Of a stretch of 64,000 bases of DNA, positions 18,557 to 28,879 are shown piece by piece; position 1 is the stretch's first letter, and each line of letters begins with the position of its first letter. The notes below the pieces were generated by a model that saw only the letters and a program-made list of their open reading frames with translations, searched no databases and was not told where the DNA came from. A program made the translations under genes and the position numbers. The stretch lies in sequence record PP355766.1. One strand, given 5' to 3'.

Positions 18557-19939
18557 TTAAGCAGCGTAAGCACCAGCAACTACGCCGTTCTCGAAGAAAC
18601 GCATCAGGTTCAGACGCTGAGTAACGTAGTACGCATCGCGCTGACGTTCAGCCTGACGCTCTTTCTCAACGGTGATTGCACGCTGACGAGGAACGATGAA
18701 GTTGTCACGGTAAACAACTACACAGAACTCAGCACTTGCAGCCTTAGCTGGGAAGAATTCAGAAACCAGTACCGGCAGACCGTAGATACGACCAACCTGA
18801 CCCTGCAGTTTGATAGCGGTGGTAGCGGTAACCTGTGCAACGTCCTGGAACTCTTCATCTTCGATCAGATCGTAATAAGCATCCATCGAAACAACCAGAG
18901 CCAGTTTGTTCAGATCCAGACCGTGGCGGCCCAGTGAACGACGCAGCTTGTGAATTTCTTTAGCGGTAACTTTAACAGAACCGTCAGCTTTAGCAGTAGT
19001 AGCAACTACTTTACCATCGTCTTTAGCGAACTGGATCAGACCTTTCGGAGTACCAGCAGCACCAGTACCGGTCAGGAACGCTTTTTCGATTGCGATAGCG
19101 TGAGCTTCAATCAGGCGACGACGCATGATCGGCAGCAGAGTGAAGATAGCATCTTCTTCTGTTTCGTCGGTCATATATGCTTTAGCAGCCAGTTTGTAAG
19201 TCTTGAAGGTGATTTCAGACAGCTTGGTTTTGTCTTCCGCACCAACAGTAGCAGGAGTACCGTAGGTAGAGGCGTCAACCCAGCTAGCTTCACCAGCTTC
19301 CGGCTCAACCATCATGGTCAGCAATTTGCTAGACATCGGCAGTTCTTCGAACATGGTACCGATAATCAGTTTAGCCTGAATGTCACGCAGGATACGCAGG
19401 GAGAAAATGGTTTCGTATGCTTCGGTAGAAACTTCGATAGAAGAAGAGCCGTTAACAGCTTTCAGGTGGGCTTCGCCACGCTTAGTACCGAATACATCTT
19501 TCTGCATTACGTAGGACAGAAGAACCAGTTTCTCAACTTCGTCTTCGAAATCTTCCTGCTTACCAAACATTGCTTTAGCAACGCCATCAGCTACGAAAGA
19601 GCGACTATTTTCACGTGCGGCCAGCAGAGATTTGATTTCTTCTTTCAGACCAGTGATTTCTTCCTGCTGGGAGTTCATTGCTTTAACGAACGCTTCAGCG
19701 GACTGTTTGGATTTCTCATCCAGGTTTTTTACGAGCTCCAGAGCTTCTGCCAGGTTTTTACGGTCTTCACCAGTTGCTTTAGCAACCAGGTCTTCCATAC
19801 GTTTGAGTTCTTTAGCTTCCTGCTCAGCAGCAAATTTGCGAGCTTCTTCAGCTTTCTGAGAGGCGGTTAGACCTTTAAGCTGCTCAGCAATGTCACCCAG
19901 GCCCAGATCTTTAGACAGTTGTGCGATATCGTAAGACAT
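18557..19939 (-). CDS. pb8: Major capsid protein precursor (N-terminal coiled-coil scaffold plus HK97 fold)
   Basis: 460 aa; about 160-aa Glu/Lys/Ala helical N-terminus, then the capsid domain; T5 size and synteny. Confidence 0.95.
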   Translation of the reverse strand: MSYDIAQLSKDLGLGDIAEQLKGLTASQKAEEARKFAAEQEAKELKRMEDLVAKATGEDRKNLAEALELVKNLDEKSKQSAEAFVKAMNSQQEEITGLKEEIKSLLAARENSRSFVADGVAKAMFGKQEDFEDEVEKLVLLSYVMQKDVFGTKRGEAHLKAVNGSSSIEVSTEAYETIFSLRILRDIQAKLIIGTMFEELPMSSKLLTMMVEPEAGEASWVDASTYGTPATVGAEDKTKLSEITFKTYKLAAKAYMTDETEEDAIFTLLPIMRRRLIEAHAIAIEKAFLTGTGAAGTPKGLIQFAKDDGKVVATTAKADGSVKVTAKEIHKLRRSLGRHGLDLNKLALVVSMDAYYDLIEDEEFQDVAQVTATTAIKLQGQVGRIYGLPVLVSEFFPAKAASAEFCVVVYRDNFIVPRQRAITVEKERQAERQRDAYYVTQRLNLMRFFENGVVAGAYAA

Positions 19940-19952
19940 TATTATTTCTCCA

Positions 19953-20549
19953 TTATCCTTTAGCGTAACCAGCGGCTACTAGGAATTTCTCTAAATTAGA
20001 AAGTTCAGGTTGTTCAACAGGCTGGACCTGCGAAGATTTTACAAAAGACTTACGAAGCTCCATATAATCATTATGGTTTACAGACTTCGAAAGGCTAAAA
20101 GTTGAGTCTTGGTTGCAGGGAACCGAGACTACAGAGATCTCGAGTAACTCCAGATCTTTAATAATGAACGTTTCAGTCATATCGTCCCATTCGGCATCTT
20201 TGATATAGAAGCCTACCGAGAACGTTTTAAGAACCTCATCACGTATTAATGAGTAAATCTGTAGATCAGCAGCACTTACCTCACCCTCAACCATAAGTCC
20301 GGACTCGGTTGGTACCAGGTCTAGGATCTTACCAATTGGGCGGCTGTGGTTATGGCCGAAAAGCATGATCGGGTTCTTCATAAAATTCTTGAGGGCGTTA
20401 CTGGTAGTCCACGCTTCGGAGAGAATAACGTCGCCGGCGCGGTCTTTGGTAATCGTGTTAGCATACCCTTTGATTTTTAAAGGAGGATTATCACCCTCAC
20501 CGACAGCTTTAACAGATTTAATCTCAGCATTAAGATTAATATTCTGCAT
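19953..20549 (-). CDS. pb11: Prohead protease
   Basis: HK97-type motifs MLFGHNH, SVGF, LEISVVSVP; ATG at 20549 with GGAG RBS. Confidence 0.92.
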   Translation of the reverse strand: MQNINLNAEIKSVKAVGEGDNPPLKIKGYANTITKDRAGDVILSEAWTTSNALKNFMKNPIMLFGHNHSRPIGKILDLVPTESGLMVEGEVSAADLQIYSLIRDEVLKTFSVGFYIKDAEWDDMTETFIIKDLELLEISVVSVPCNQDSTFSLSKSVNHNDYMELRKSFVKSSQVQPVEQPELSNLEKFLVAAGYAKG

Positions 20550-20595
20550 CGTTTGCTCCAAACACTTTCGTGTTGTTCCTCAGTTTTCAGATACT

Positions 20596-20624
20596 ATTAT
20601 TACATACCAAATCGCGAATGTCAA
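20596..20624 (-). promoter_or_regulatory. Promoter for protease-capsid
   Basis: TTGACA-N17-AATAAT. Confidence 0.7.
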
Positions 20625-20715
20625 AAGATATTTGAAAATCCCACACGGTGTGTGGAATTAGTGGGCAGTCGAAATTGGTTACACTGAAAATAGTTATGCA
20701 CTAGTGTAGAAAAAT

Positions 20716-20733
20716 GGGGAGCCGAAGCTCCCC
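20716..20733 (-). terminator. Terminator after the decoration gene
   Basis: GGGGAGC-TTCG-GCTCCCC plus T-tract. Confidence 0.8.
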
Positions 20734-20746
20734 CAGTTATCAAGTA

Positions 20747-21466
20747 TTATACAGGCGCAGTGGCCGCCTTAACTGTTACTGTAGCAGTGTCGGTCTTATT
20801 GCCGTCAGCTGTTTTAACAGTAATAACTACGGTACCATCTGCAGCTAAGTTGGAGGGAACAGTTACCGTACCATCCGCAGCTACGGTAGCTTTGGTGGTG
20901 TCAGCAGAAGTGTAAGTTACAGACTTATTAGTTGCGTTAGCTGGGGCTACAGTACCAGTAAGTTTGCCGGTCTTACCTGCTTCGATTGTAATAGTCTTAG
21001 GTGACATAGTGACACCAGTAACTGCTACAACAGGAGCCTTGACCTGAATAGAGACTTCGCTAGACTTACCACCTGCTGTAGCGGTGATCTTAACTATACC
21101 AGCTTTAGAAAGAGCAGTAACCAGACCTCCCGTGCTAACGGTAGCTAGGGTAGCGTCACTAGTCTTCCACGTTACAGTTTTATTATCTGCGTCTGCCGGT
21201 AAGACTGTTGCAGTGAGCTGTGCAGTCTTGGTGTAGTCTAAGGATGCGGGGGCACCTGAGATACTAACTGAAGCGACCGGGATCGGCTTGGTTGCTTCTG
21301 CGTACGCTTCCTCAAACTGTTTCCAGGTTCTACGATTAGTCGCAGCGTAGCCATACTCCTTACGCAGGATCTGGTAAGTAAGGTTTGCCTTAACGGTTGC
21401 GAACACGTTATGTGCCTCGGGGAGACCGTTAGGGAATAGTGCTTTTAAAGCGTTATAATCAATCAT
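20747..21466 (-). CDS. pb10: Capsid decoration protein with two Ig-like (Big_2-type) domains
   Basis: N-terminal MIDYNALKALFPNGLP as in T5 pb10, then two repeats of the ..ATV.P..A.NK.VT(W/Y).(T/S).D...ATV type. Confidence 0.88.
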   Translation of the reverse strand: MIDYNALKALFPNGLPEAHNVFATVKANLTYQILRKEYGYAATNRRTWKQFEEAYAEATKPIPVASVSISGAPASLDYTKTAQLTATVLPADADNKTVTWKTSDATLATVSTGGLVTALSKAGIVKITATAGGKSSEVSIQVKAPVVAVTGVTMSPKTITIEAGKTGKLTGTVAPANATNKSVTYTSADTTKATVAADGTVTVPSNLAADGTVVITVKTADGNKTDTATVTVKAATAPV

Positions 21467-22674
21467 TCTTTTTCCTCGTCTTTATTGGGAGCGCCACCTT
21501 CTTGTCCGCTTACTCCGGTAGCTGATCCAGCTACGTTGGCAGGGATGCGAATTTTCTTCATCTGCTCGTCAGCCAGTTCCTCATAACCAAGTTCTATACG
21601 ACCTTCGTTACCTGTAAGGATACCGTTGTTGACCAGTGCAGTTACGAATTTAGCCTCTTTCTCCTTGTCTGGAGTTAGTGCTACTACGTCTTTAGTATTG
21701 GGCGTTACTTTAAAACCGAAGAAGAACGTAAGCGAGCTACATACTTTATTGAGCATAGGCACAATAGTCATGTAGTAGAACAGCTCAATGTTCGGTCGAA
21801 TATTGGCGTTGTTACCTCCATCGATCAATAGCTGCGGGACCCCAAGAGCGATACATACGTCTTTATTAAAACGAGCGATATCGTTCTCGAAATCGAGATC
21901 TTTAAAGGAGGAGATTTGGGAGTACGGCTTAGCCTTCATCCCGCCGTCTAGAATGAGCACAGTTGATTGGCCGGTACTAGGGTTATAGTCCAGCTGAAGC
22001 TCTTCTTGTTTACGTTCACGGAGCTTTTTATTTAGGATTTCATCTGTTTCTAGAATAAGACCGATAACCGTGCCGTTGTCCAGGAACTTCTCCTTGAACT
22101 CAAGCATTTTCTCACGCTTAGTAAGCGAGTTGATTACAGTAGCTACGCGTGACTGACCTGTGATCTGGGAGTTAATACCGCCATTCTGGCCATTATCCTT
22201 GATGAAGATAATTTCATCAACGCGATAGTCGATCATATTATTAAAGACGAATTTGTTAACGAATTTTTTGTCATCTGCTTTTACTTCCATTAGGGCAGCA
22301 GGCAGATGATACAGAGACGAACCGTCCCAATGGATGTACGCACAACCTTCGAATAGAAGGTCAGACACTATTAGGCGTCTAAAAGTACTGGAGTCCATGT
22401 ACGGGTTAGGGCGAACATTAAGCAGCGTCTCAAGAGTTTTACTCCTGATCGTGCCATAGGTTGTTATTGTTTTATACTGTTCACCTACGGTGTAGGAGCA
22501 CTCAGCGGCGCTGTCAATTACCATGTTCGCGGATCTATTAAGGATCTCAATAGACGAATAGGCTTTGCCAGTCGTGAATGGCTTGACGTTAGTACGGTGA
22601 CTAACATCCTCCAAGTCCCTGATTATGCGTTGTCCGCGGTTTAGTTTAGTAACTAACCAGTCACGAATAGCCAT
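21463..22674 (-). CDS. pb7: Portal protein
   Basis: 403 aa; HK97-like portal; T5 size and synteny. Confidence 0.93.
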   Translation of the reverse strand: MAIRDWLVTKLNRGQRIIRDLEDVSHRTNVKPFTTGKAYSSIEILNRSANMVIDSAAECSYTVGEQYKTITTYGTIRSKTLETLLNVRPNPYMDSSTFRRLIVSDLLFEGCAYIHWDGSSLYHLPAALMEVKADDKKFVNKFVFNNMIDYRVDEIIFIKDNGQNGGINSQITGQSRVATVINSLTKREKMLEFKEKFLDNGTVIGLILETDEILNKKLRERKQEELQLDYNPSTGQSTVLILDGGMKAKPYSQISSFKDLDFENDIARFNKDVCIALGVPQLLIDGGNNANIRPNIELFYYMTIVPMLNKVCSSLTFFFGFKVTPNTKDVVALTPDKEKEAKFVTALVNNGILTGNEGRIELGYEELADEQMKKIRIPANVAGSATGVSGQEGGAPNKDEEKE

Positions 22675-23156
22675 TATAGGAACCTTGCGAATCCTGATTT
22701 CTCAGTCTTGACGTCAGTCGGAAGCCACTTCGCAAAGCCTGATCTTTCGCCAGTATTGCTTGTACGAGGTGCCTCTGGATTCATACATCTTTCACGTTGT
22801 TTCTCAACCCAAATCTTCTGTTTGTTAGCCGAAAACAACGGCGGTTCTTTCGTATAGACCTTGTGCAGGGTCTGATGATGAAAGACACATAAGGTGACCG
22901 TGTCCTCTACTAGCTCATGCCAATAATGTTTATAGAACTTATCCCGATTACTTAGGACGACTTCTGAGTCAGTGAAATCCAGTTGGAATTCTTTAGCAAA
23001 GTTTTTAACTAGTAAGGCCACAGTCGAGTAGTGGTGTAGCTCCAGGTTTTCCTGTGAGTCACAAATGGCGCAACGGTTGCCTCTTTTGTACTGGGCTTTG
23101 ATTCCATCACGCATTATGGAGATTGCATCTCTCTTATATTTTACATTGGAAGCCAA
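22674..23156 (-). CDS. Nicking endonuclease (HNH-like)
   Basis: CAIC…ELHH…VTLC..HH..LH Zn/HNH motifs; between portal and TerL as in T5; TTG start with AGAGGAG RBS. Confidence 0.85.
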   Translation of the reverse strand: MASNVKYKRDAISIMRDGIKAQYKRGNRCAICDSQENLELHHYSTVALLVKNFAKEFQLDFTDSEVVLSNRDKFYKHYWHELVEDTVTLCVFHHQTLHKVYTKEPPLFSANKQKIWVEKQRERCMNPEAPRTSNTGERSGFAKWLPTDVKTEKSGFARFL

Positions 23157-23258
23157 AGTGTTTCTCCTCTTAGTTGGGAAAATACTACTTCGGGTACAGC
23201 AATTAAATATTCCTCTCATTCACCCTGATGTCTATGAGATCTCTCAAGGTATGAATAT

Positions 23259-23287
23259 ATTATAACTGCCACACACGAAATTGTAAA
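23259..23287 (-). promoter_or_regulatory. Promoter for nickase-portal-decoration
   Basis: TTTACA-N17-TATAAT. Confidence 0.7.
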
Positions 23288-23300
23288 GTGAATTTTATAA

Positions 23301-23341
23301 AGTTGGAACGGAATTTGTACTCACTACTATCCGTTCCAACT
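23301..23341 (-). terminator. Hairpin after terL
   Basis: Perfect 12-bp inverted repeat AGTTGGAACGGA/TCCGTTCCAACT with a 17-nt loop. Confidence 0.6.
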
Positions 23342-23347
23342 CAGCTC

Positions 23348-24664
23348 TTATTTGCCACGGGAAATCGAGTAGATGCCGTAACGCAGTGCGTCACATAAGT
23401 GAGAGTTGGCATCATGACGAGGTTTCTCTCTGGAGAGCTTCTCCTCCCCTTCCTGGAAGTCCCACTTGTAGTTCTGGAGTGCGTGAATTAACGCAGTACA
23501 CGAGGCGTCGACAATGATCTTGCCCTGCTGGAATAGAGCAGCTAGGCACGCTAGGCCGTCTAGAACAGATTTCTTAGCCGGAGCGGAGGATATCTCATGC
23601 TCGTATGCCAAGTCCTGTCGGAACTGTGCGGCTGCGGAGTCAACAAAGATACGGTCTACATTATACCGGTCTATACAGTGTTGTATGTACATGGCATGCT
23701 GTGCTGTAGTCTTCTCTGCCTGCTGATATTCCTCAAGGATATAGTACACGTCCTGATCATAGTGGTACTTAATAGTAAGGACTGCTGTTGGGTCTCTATA
23801 ACCAACGTCGATACCTAGAATGGTTTCAAACTCGTGGTCTGCTGCAAAGAAGTGACCCATACCTGCGAGATCCTGTACATGCTCGGAAACGCTAAAGGTA
23901 TCGTAGATCTGACCCTCGAATACGGAGAAGTCCGCCTCATATTCCTGTTTGAAATAGTTCTTAGATACAGTCTTACGTGCTTCTTCGATATCTGCAAGAG
24001 ATACGCGGGGGTTATCTCGGTATGTACCATGGATTGATACCCACTGCGGAAGATCTTCTCGGAACCCCTGCTCGTAGAAGCGTTTGAACCAGTTACCACC
24101 ACGAGGAGTAGAGATAAACAGGGCTTTAGAGTTAGGTTTGTCCAGTGTAGGACGGAGCTGGATATCAAAAGCGTCACCACCAACGTCGGAGATTGCTGCC
24201 TCATCAAAGATAATAAAGTCGTATGAACGACCAACTGCGGAGTCAGCCTGTGCAGCAGAAGCCAGCTTAAAGAGCGAACCGTTAGCAAGTTCAATCTCTT
24301 TATCTTTGGCGTTCTCACGCTCAGTTTGAAGCCCGTATTTCTTAATCAGACCTTTGATCTGCGCCCACCCGATATTTGCCAGGGAGTAGTTCGGAGCTAC
24401 TACAAGCACCTTAACGTTCGGCTCTAGGAGTTTGAGGAAGCCTAGAGTATACGCAATGAACGACTTACCAACACGACGGGATACGCATGCTGTAACGAAA
24501 CGGTGACGTGGGTCTTCCAGTGCGTTTATGATTGCGCACTGCGGGCCGTTTGGAACGATCCCCTCGGTGGCCAGCAAGCCGGACACCGGGAATTTAAAGA
24601 ATCGTTTATCAACACCAAAATCCACCACGTCAGTCGTATTAATATAACTACGTGAGATTTCCAT
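23348..24664 (-). CDS. terL: Terminase large subunit
   Basis: Walker A SRRVGKS, Walker B FIIFDE, RNase-H motif LGIDVG; 438 aa. Confidence 0.96.
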   Translation of the reverse strand: MEISRSYINTTDVVDFGVDKRFFKFPVSGLLATEGIVPNGPQCAIINALEDPRHRFVTACVSRRVGKSFIAYTLGFLKLLEPNVKVLVVAPNYSLANIGWAQIKGLIKKYGLQTERENAKDKEIELANGSLFKLASAAQADSAVGRSYDFIIFDEAAISDVGGDAFDIQLRPTLDKPNSKALFISTPRGGNWFKRFYEQGFREDLPQWVSIHGTYRDNPRVSLADIEEARKTVSKNYFKQEYEADFSVFEGQIYDTFSVSEHVQDLAGMGHFFAADHEFETILGIDVGYRDPTAVLTIKYHYDQDVYYILEEYQQAEKTTAQHAMYIQHCIDRYNVDRIFVDSAAAQFRQDLAYEHEISSAPAKKSVLDGLACLAALFQQGKIIVDASCTALIHALQNYKWDFQEGEEKLSREKPRHDANSHLCDALRYGIYSISRGK

Positions 24665-25137
24665 TATTTACCTGCCCCCACAATGCGTGACAGGAGATCC
24701 GTGTAGTTAGAGTCGTGACCACCTGCCAAGTTGATCTGAGTATTAGTCTGGTGTACAGGAGCTTTAGCCTGCTTCACCTTCTCATACTCGATCTGCATCT
24801 TCATCTCATCCATCTTCATTTTGTGCATGAGTTTGAGGATATCCATAATATCCATCTCTGAACCCATTCCAGTTTCATCCAGTTCCTCCATTTTCATAGT
24901 TAGAACAGTGTCTAGAATGCCAAAGAATTTATCACGGTTACGGAAGCCAGATTCCATGAAGATATCCGTAAGGTACGCTTTGACCTCAGGTTTGCGCATA
25001 ATCTCCCGGAATTTAGGCTCTTCCATACCAACAGCTAACGCTGCTTTCGCAACGTCGCTGCCAGACTCCAAGTAGGCCTCTATAACTAGCATGCCTTCCG
25101 GAGACATTGCATCTGGTACAATTAAATCATTGCTCAT
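24664..25137 (-). CDS. terS: Terminase small subunit
   Basis: Upstream of terL; ATG at 25137 with AAGGAGG RBS (the ORF-track start is probably too long). Confidence 0.85.
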   Translation of the reverse strand: MSNDLIVPDAMSPEGMLVIEAYLESGSDVAKAALAVGMEEPKFREIMRKPEVKAYLTDIFMESGFRNRDKFFGILDTVLTMKMEELDETGMGSEMDIMDILKLMHKMKMDEMKMQIEYEKVKQAKAPVHQTNTQINLAGGHDSNYTDLLSRIVGAGK

Positions 25138-25147
25138 ATCGCCTCCT

Positions 25148-27124
25148 TTAGGCAAGCCTTTGCACAGCAATCCTAACCTCAGGAAGAATCACTCGCATGT
25201 TCATGATATTGATCATCTCAACGTTAACCCAAACCTCAACACTACCGTCAGCCCTAGCTATCAGCCAATAGATAATGGCATAATCGCCCTGAGTGGCAGA
25301 GTTGGTAGTAGCAGGCGCCCACATAGCCTTCATTTGCATGGCGTTGTTCCCAGGAATAACCCCACACTGGGTTACGGTCCCGCGTATAAAGTGGAACGGC
25401 ACACACATGTTAACTGGAAGACACATGATTTGATGCACACGTTTCTGGAAGTGATTTCCAAAAATTCTCAGCCTACTATCTACCTCGCTCCACTGGGTAA
25501 GATCTTCTAGAGGGTTATAACATCCAGTCCCTGCAGCAGCAATCCACTCATCGTTTTTCCAGTCTAGAGTGACGACGCAAGCCCCATTTCGGGAGTTATT
25601 AACCCCTAACCACAAGGTAGCCAGGTGGTGACTAGCATTACCGCTAGTACGTAGGTTCCCTCCAATATCAGCAGAGCCGGTACCGCCCACTAGGCGGAGA
25701 GGTCGAGTTGATTCAGACCATACTGGACCCCACTGGTTTCCGATTTCCGGTGGGTTAGATTTTACATACCACTGCGCATCAGATCTAAAATTGTAAACTC
25801 CTACAGTGGTTACATGCATCTCACTTATGTTACCTTGCCCAAACTCCGCACCATTATCTGGTCGAGTTAGAGGCTGATTGAAGTGAACATATCCATTATT
25901 ACCAACAGTAGGGTTGCCACTAAATCTAGCAACATTGGTCGCAATAACTCGGATATCAGGCCTATTACCTGGGCTGTAGTTTATATCGTTCTGGTTTATA
26001 AACTTCCACCCCGTGTTCATTAGGTTTATACCGTTTACAATGAACTCTCTAGGGCTGATTTTAATCTCCTGGTTGCGAGAGCCAAATACGTTCTCTGCGT
26101 AGAACCCCTGCCCATTGTATTTCATATTAGTAATATACCAGCGAACACGCTTAGGAACACGGAAGTTGTTATCCCTATAAATAGCGTTGTTACCCCAACC
26201 ACTACCAGCATTGTTGTTATCTGTGTTCTCCCACCCCATAAAGTTATTGGGCGGACCACGGAAAAAACCTGCTTTGTACTGAATCTCCTGATAAGACTCA
26301 GTCTGGATATTGTGAGAGTAAGGCCCACCGACCGGATTGGAACTCTGCCCATATCTAGGTCCCATATGTCCATACATATTACGGTTGAGTGTCTCACCAC
26401 GCAAACATATACTATTAACTCCTGTGGTACGCATCCATGGGTGGCGCATTGCATCTACACCGATGGTAAGAGGCCTATTGGGAGGAGACACAGAACCGGC
26501 TATATTGCCACTAAAAGCTCCCCTATAGAGTACCCAACCGGCTTTAATAATAGTCTCAAAATTAGGGGGTATAGGAGCTCCAACCGGCGGCCCAGGCCCT
26601 CTGTCCCCCCACTCGGAGTTTACTCCCCAAGTGTACATACACCCAGTACCATCACGCAACTTCTCATTAATAGTACCTGGCGTCTCTTCGAAATAGAAAC
26701 TAATATCCATGTGTAAGTCTGCAGAGGCACAAACGTTAGTCTTCATACTAGCCATAGTACCTGCAGAAACCTGGGAACCGACAGTATTACTAAAGTAAGC
26801 GTTATACGCTTTAGCGCCCACACCCAGGGATGTACCGTAAATGAAACGTCTAGTACCATCCTCAAACTCAACTTCAGTTAAGACAACCCTGTCGTAGTCT
26901 GCGGACAGTACCTGAATAATCCTGTCTGGCATTCTAGTACAACGATACCAATCACCACCATCCCAGAGGTCTCTTTCGTGAGTTTCTAAAACTACGACGT
27001 GAGGCATGTCACTATGGAATATAGTATCCCAACCTGGATTTGTATGGTTATTGACGTCTTTATTGTTGCCAGAGGTGAGAGACAATACTTTCTTGTCGCC
27101 TATCCTTCCTGCATAAAACCCCAT
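25148..27124 (-). CDS. oad: Receptor-binding tail tip protein pb5
   Basis: 658 aa; MGFYAG…TIFHSDM…[10 protein letters not shown]…GVGAKAY matches recalled T5 pb5 N-terminus; divergent centre. Confidence 0.92.
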   Translation of the reverse strand: MGFYAGRIGDKKVLSLTSGNNKDVNNHTNPGWDTIFHSDMPHVVVLETHERDLWDGGDWYRCTRMPDRIIQVLSADYDRVVLTEVEFEDGTRRFIYGTSLGVGAKAYNAYFSNTVGSQVSAGTMASMKTNVCASADLHMDISFYFEETPGTINEKLRDGTGCMYTWGVNSEWGDRGPGPPVGAPIPPNFETIIKAGWVLYRGAFSGNIAGSVSPPNRPLTIGVDAMRHPWMRTTGVNSICLRGETLNRNMYGHMGPRYGQSSNPVGGPYSHNIQTESYQEIQYKAGFFRGPPNNFMGWENTDNNNAGSGWGNNAIYRDNNFRVPKRVRWYITNMKYNGQGFYAENVFGSRNQEIKISPREFIVNGINLMNTGWKFINQNDINYSPGNRPDIRVIATNVARFSGNPTVGNNGYVHFNQPLTRPDNGAEFGQGNISEMHVTTVGVYNFRSDAQWYVKSNPPEIGNQWGPVWSESTRPLRLVGGTGSADIGGNLRTSGNASHHLATLWLGVNNSRNGACVVTLDWKNDEWIAAAGTGCYNPLEDLTQWSEVDSRLRIFGNHFQKRVHQIMCLPVNMCVPFHFIRGTVTQCGVIPGNNAMQMKAMWAPATTNSATQGDYAIIYWLIARADGSVEVWVNVEMINIMNMRVILPEVRIAVQRLA

Positions 27125-27143
27125 AAAAACCTCAAAATCTCAC

Positions 27144-27172
27144 TTGCTAACAAGTGACTTTTATAATATAAT
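27144..27172 (+). promoter_or_regulatory. Rightward promoter at the llp-equivalent locus
   Basis: TTGCTA-N17-TATAAT. Confidence 0.75.
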
Positions 27173-27237
27173 ATTATTATAAATTAAATCAACCGCCAAG
27201 TAAACCAGATTTTTTAAAACCATCTAGGAGGACCACT

Positions 27238-27462
27238 ATGGAAGTAGTTATAGGAGCACTTGTTTTACTCTCAATCGTACTATTTGTCATCACCGTAAAG
27301 CAAGGTAAGATAATCAAACGGCTAGAACGCACTAACGGGGTGTTGCAAAAGTCTTATGACAACCAAACCCGCTTGCTGCATAAGGCACAGTTAAATCTGT
27401 CTGAATGCAAAGCGGAACTAGAATCAGCAAACAAAATCTACATTACTAAGGGTATGGTGTAA
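27238..27462 (+). CDS. Small membrane-anchored coiled-coil protein
   Basis: N-terminal hydrophobic helix; AGGAGG RBS; no lipobox Cys. Confidence 0.8.
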   Translation: MEVVIGALVLLSIVLFVITVKQGKIIKRLERTNGVLQKSYDNQTRLLHKAQLNLSECKAELESANKIYITKGMV

Positions 27463-27465
27463 AAC

Positions 27466-27927
27466 ATGACTATTGTATTAATTTTCACAACATTCTTTTT
27501 CCTGGCAGCAGTTTGGTTTGGTGTGCGAGCACATGACCTGCGGAACGCGGTAGTAGCGGCAGATCTTCGTAACAAAAGCCTGCACCAAGAGATCCTTCAA
27601 ACTCGGGCAGAACGTCAAGTAGCGATCTCGAAACACCAACGAGTCATGAACGATCTTCGGAATGACCCGAGCAACCCGTACTACATCCCTCCAGTGACAC
27701 CGCAGGTAGCGAGACGCAAGCAGAAGCGGGCAGGTTCGGATAATTCTCGGAAAGTTTCGGGAAGTCCTTCATCGAATTCGGGAAGTTCTCGGAGCGATGA
27801 CGGGTCGACTGCGGCAATCATAGCTACAACCGCGGCAGTTGCCACTTATAGCGGGTATGACTCGGGAAGTTCTTACTGCGACAGCGGCAGTAGCAGTAGT
27901 AGTTTTGATTCGGGTTGTTCATTCTGA
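27466..27927 (+). CDS. Membrane-anchored protein with Ser/Gly-rich tail
   Basis: N-terminal TM helix, coiled coil, low-complexity C-terminus. Confidence 0.8.
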   Translation: MTIVLIFTTFFFLAAVWFGVRAHDLRNAVVAADLRNKSLHQEILQTRAERQVAISKHQRVMNDLRNDPSNPYYIPPVTPQVARRKQKRAGSDNSRKVSGSPSSNSGSSRSDDGSTAAIIATTAAVATYSGYDSGSSYCDSGSSSSSFDSGCSF

Positions 27928-28090
27928 TGGCCTAAGTTTGCCTAATTACTCCCTTTAGCCTTTTCTCCAAATTTCATAAAGTTACACATGGAGGTGGGCT
28001 TAGAGGGTCGGGGGGTGGTATGGTAGTCCGATTACCCCCCTAGCTAACTATTAGTACCCTAACTATTTCGCTAGGGTACTATTAGCTTTC

Positions 28091-28813
28091 TTATGATGCG
28101 ATGGCTAATGATTGAATGAATTGTTGAGGCTTGACGCCATAATCATTTCTTTCCTCTTCGGTCATACCTTCCCAGCAATGAGCTAAACGCTCGCAAAGAT
28201 ATTGATAATCATTATCATCATCAAGCGCCTCATCTATGAATGACTCACCAGCAAGGCGCACACCAATAGACAGAATGTCATTGATTGCGGTAGCGTCCAT
28301 CGTTTGAAGGCCAGCAGCAGCAGCAGCGGCTAACACTCCTTTGTTATCGTCAATCATAGTGATCGTGGCATTCGGGTATTCAGCTTTAAGCATTTCGAAA
28401 TAATGCGTTTTATAGATACCATCTTTTGCATAGTACACCGATTTATAATCGGCATCACCAATATAGCGATGTAATACATCGCGGGACAAGATCTGGATAT
28501 TGCCACCGCGCCCCGCCCTGATACGTTGTTTCCGTAGGAAATAGTAATCACTTTTTCCCATATAGCGAGCGGTAACAATAATGTTTAATACAGTGGGATC
28601 ATTAAGCGATGCCCGCATATATTCAACCAGCGGTAAAAGAGTGTCGGTCATAATTGCATCATGTACGCAAGCCTTTTCCCGGTACATGTTTAAATCTAAG
28701 TTCCCTTTATCATCCATACACGGGAACACGCGGGCAAAGGAATTAATAACGGTGCCGTCTAAATCCCATAACTTGATTGTCTTGATTGCCAGTTTATTAA
28801 AAGCCATTTTCAT
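28091..28813 (-). CDS. dmp: Deoxynucleoside-5'-monophosphatase (pre-early)
   Basis: HAD motif WDLDGT, later IDDN; first FST gene as in T5. Confidence 0.92.
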   Translation of the reverse strand: MKMAFNKLAIKTIKLWDLDGTVINSFARVFPCMDDKGNLDLNMYREKACVHDAIMTDTLLPLVEYMRASLNDPTVLNIIVTARYMGKSDYYFLRKQRIRAGRGGNIQILSRDVLHRYIGDADYKSVYYAKDGIYKTHYFEMLKAEYPNATITMIDDNKGVLAAAAAAGLQTMDATAINDILSIGVRLAGESFIDEALDDDNDYQYLCERLAHCWEGMTEEERNDYGVKPQQFIQSLAIAS

Positions 28814-28879
28814 TTCTCCGGTTTCGGGGTTGTTGGTAATTAATCAAGCGAGCTATATTATAACTCGCTTTGTTAATTA

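Noticed and set aside
18413-19870. Long plus-strand ORFs (174 and 306 aa) opposite the capsid gene
   Set aside because: Antisense shadows of a highly biased gene; no RBS or promoter, and composition is unlike a protein
20641-20655. Palindrome CCACAC-GGT-GTGTGG sharing CACGGTG with the 38475 hairpin
   Set aside because: A 7-bp match is expected by chance
27996-28018. G-quadruplex near the genome end
   Set aside because: Only GGG, GGG, G6 and GG; does not meet four G3 tracts with loops
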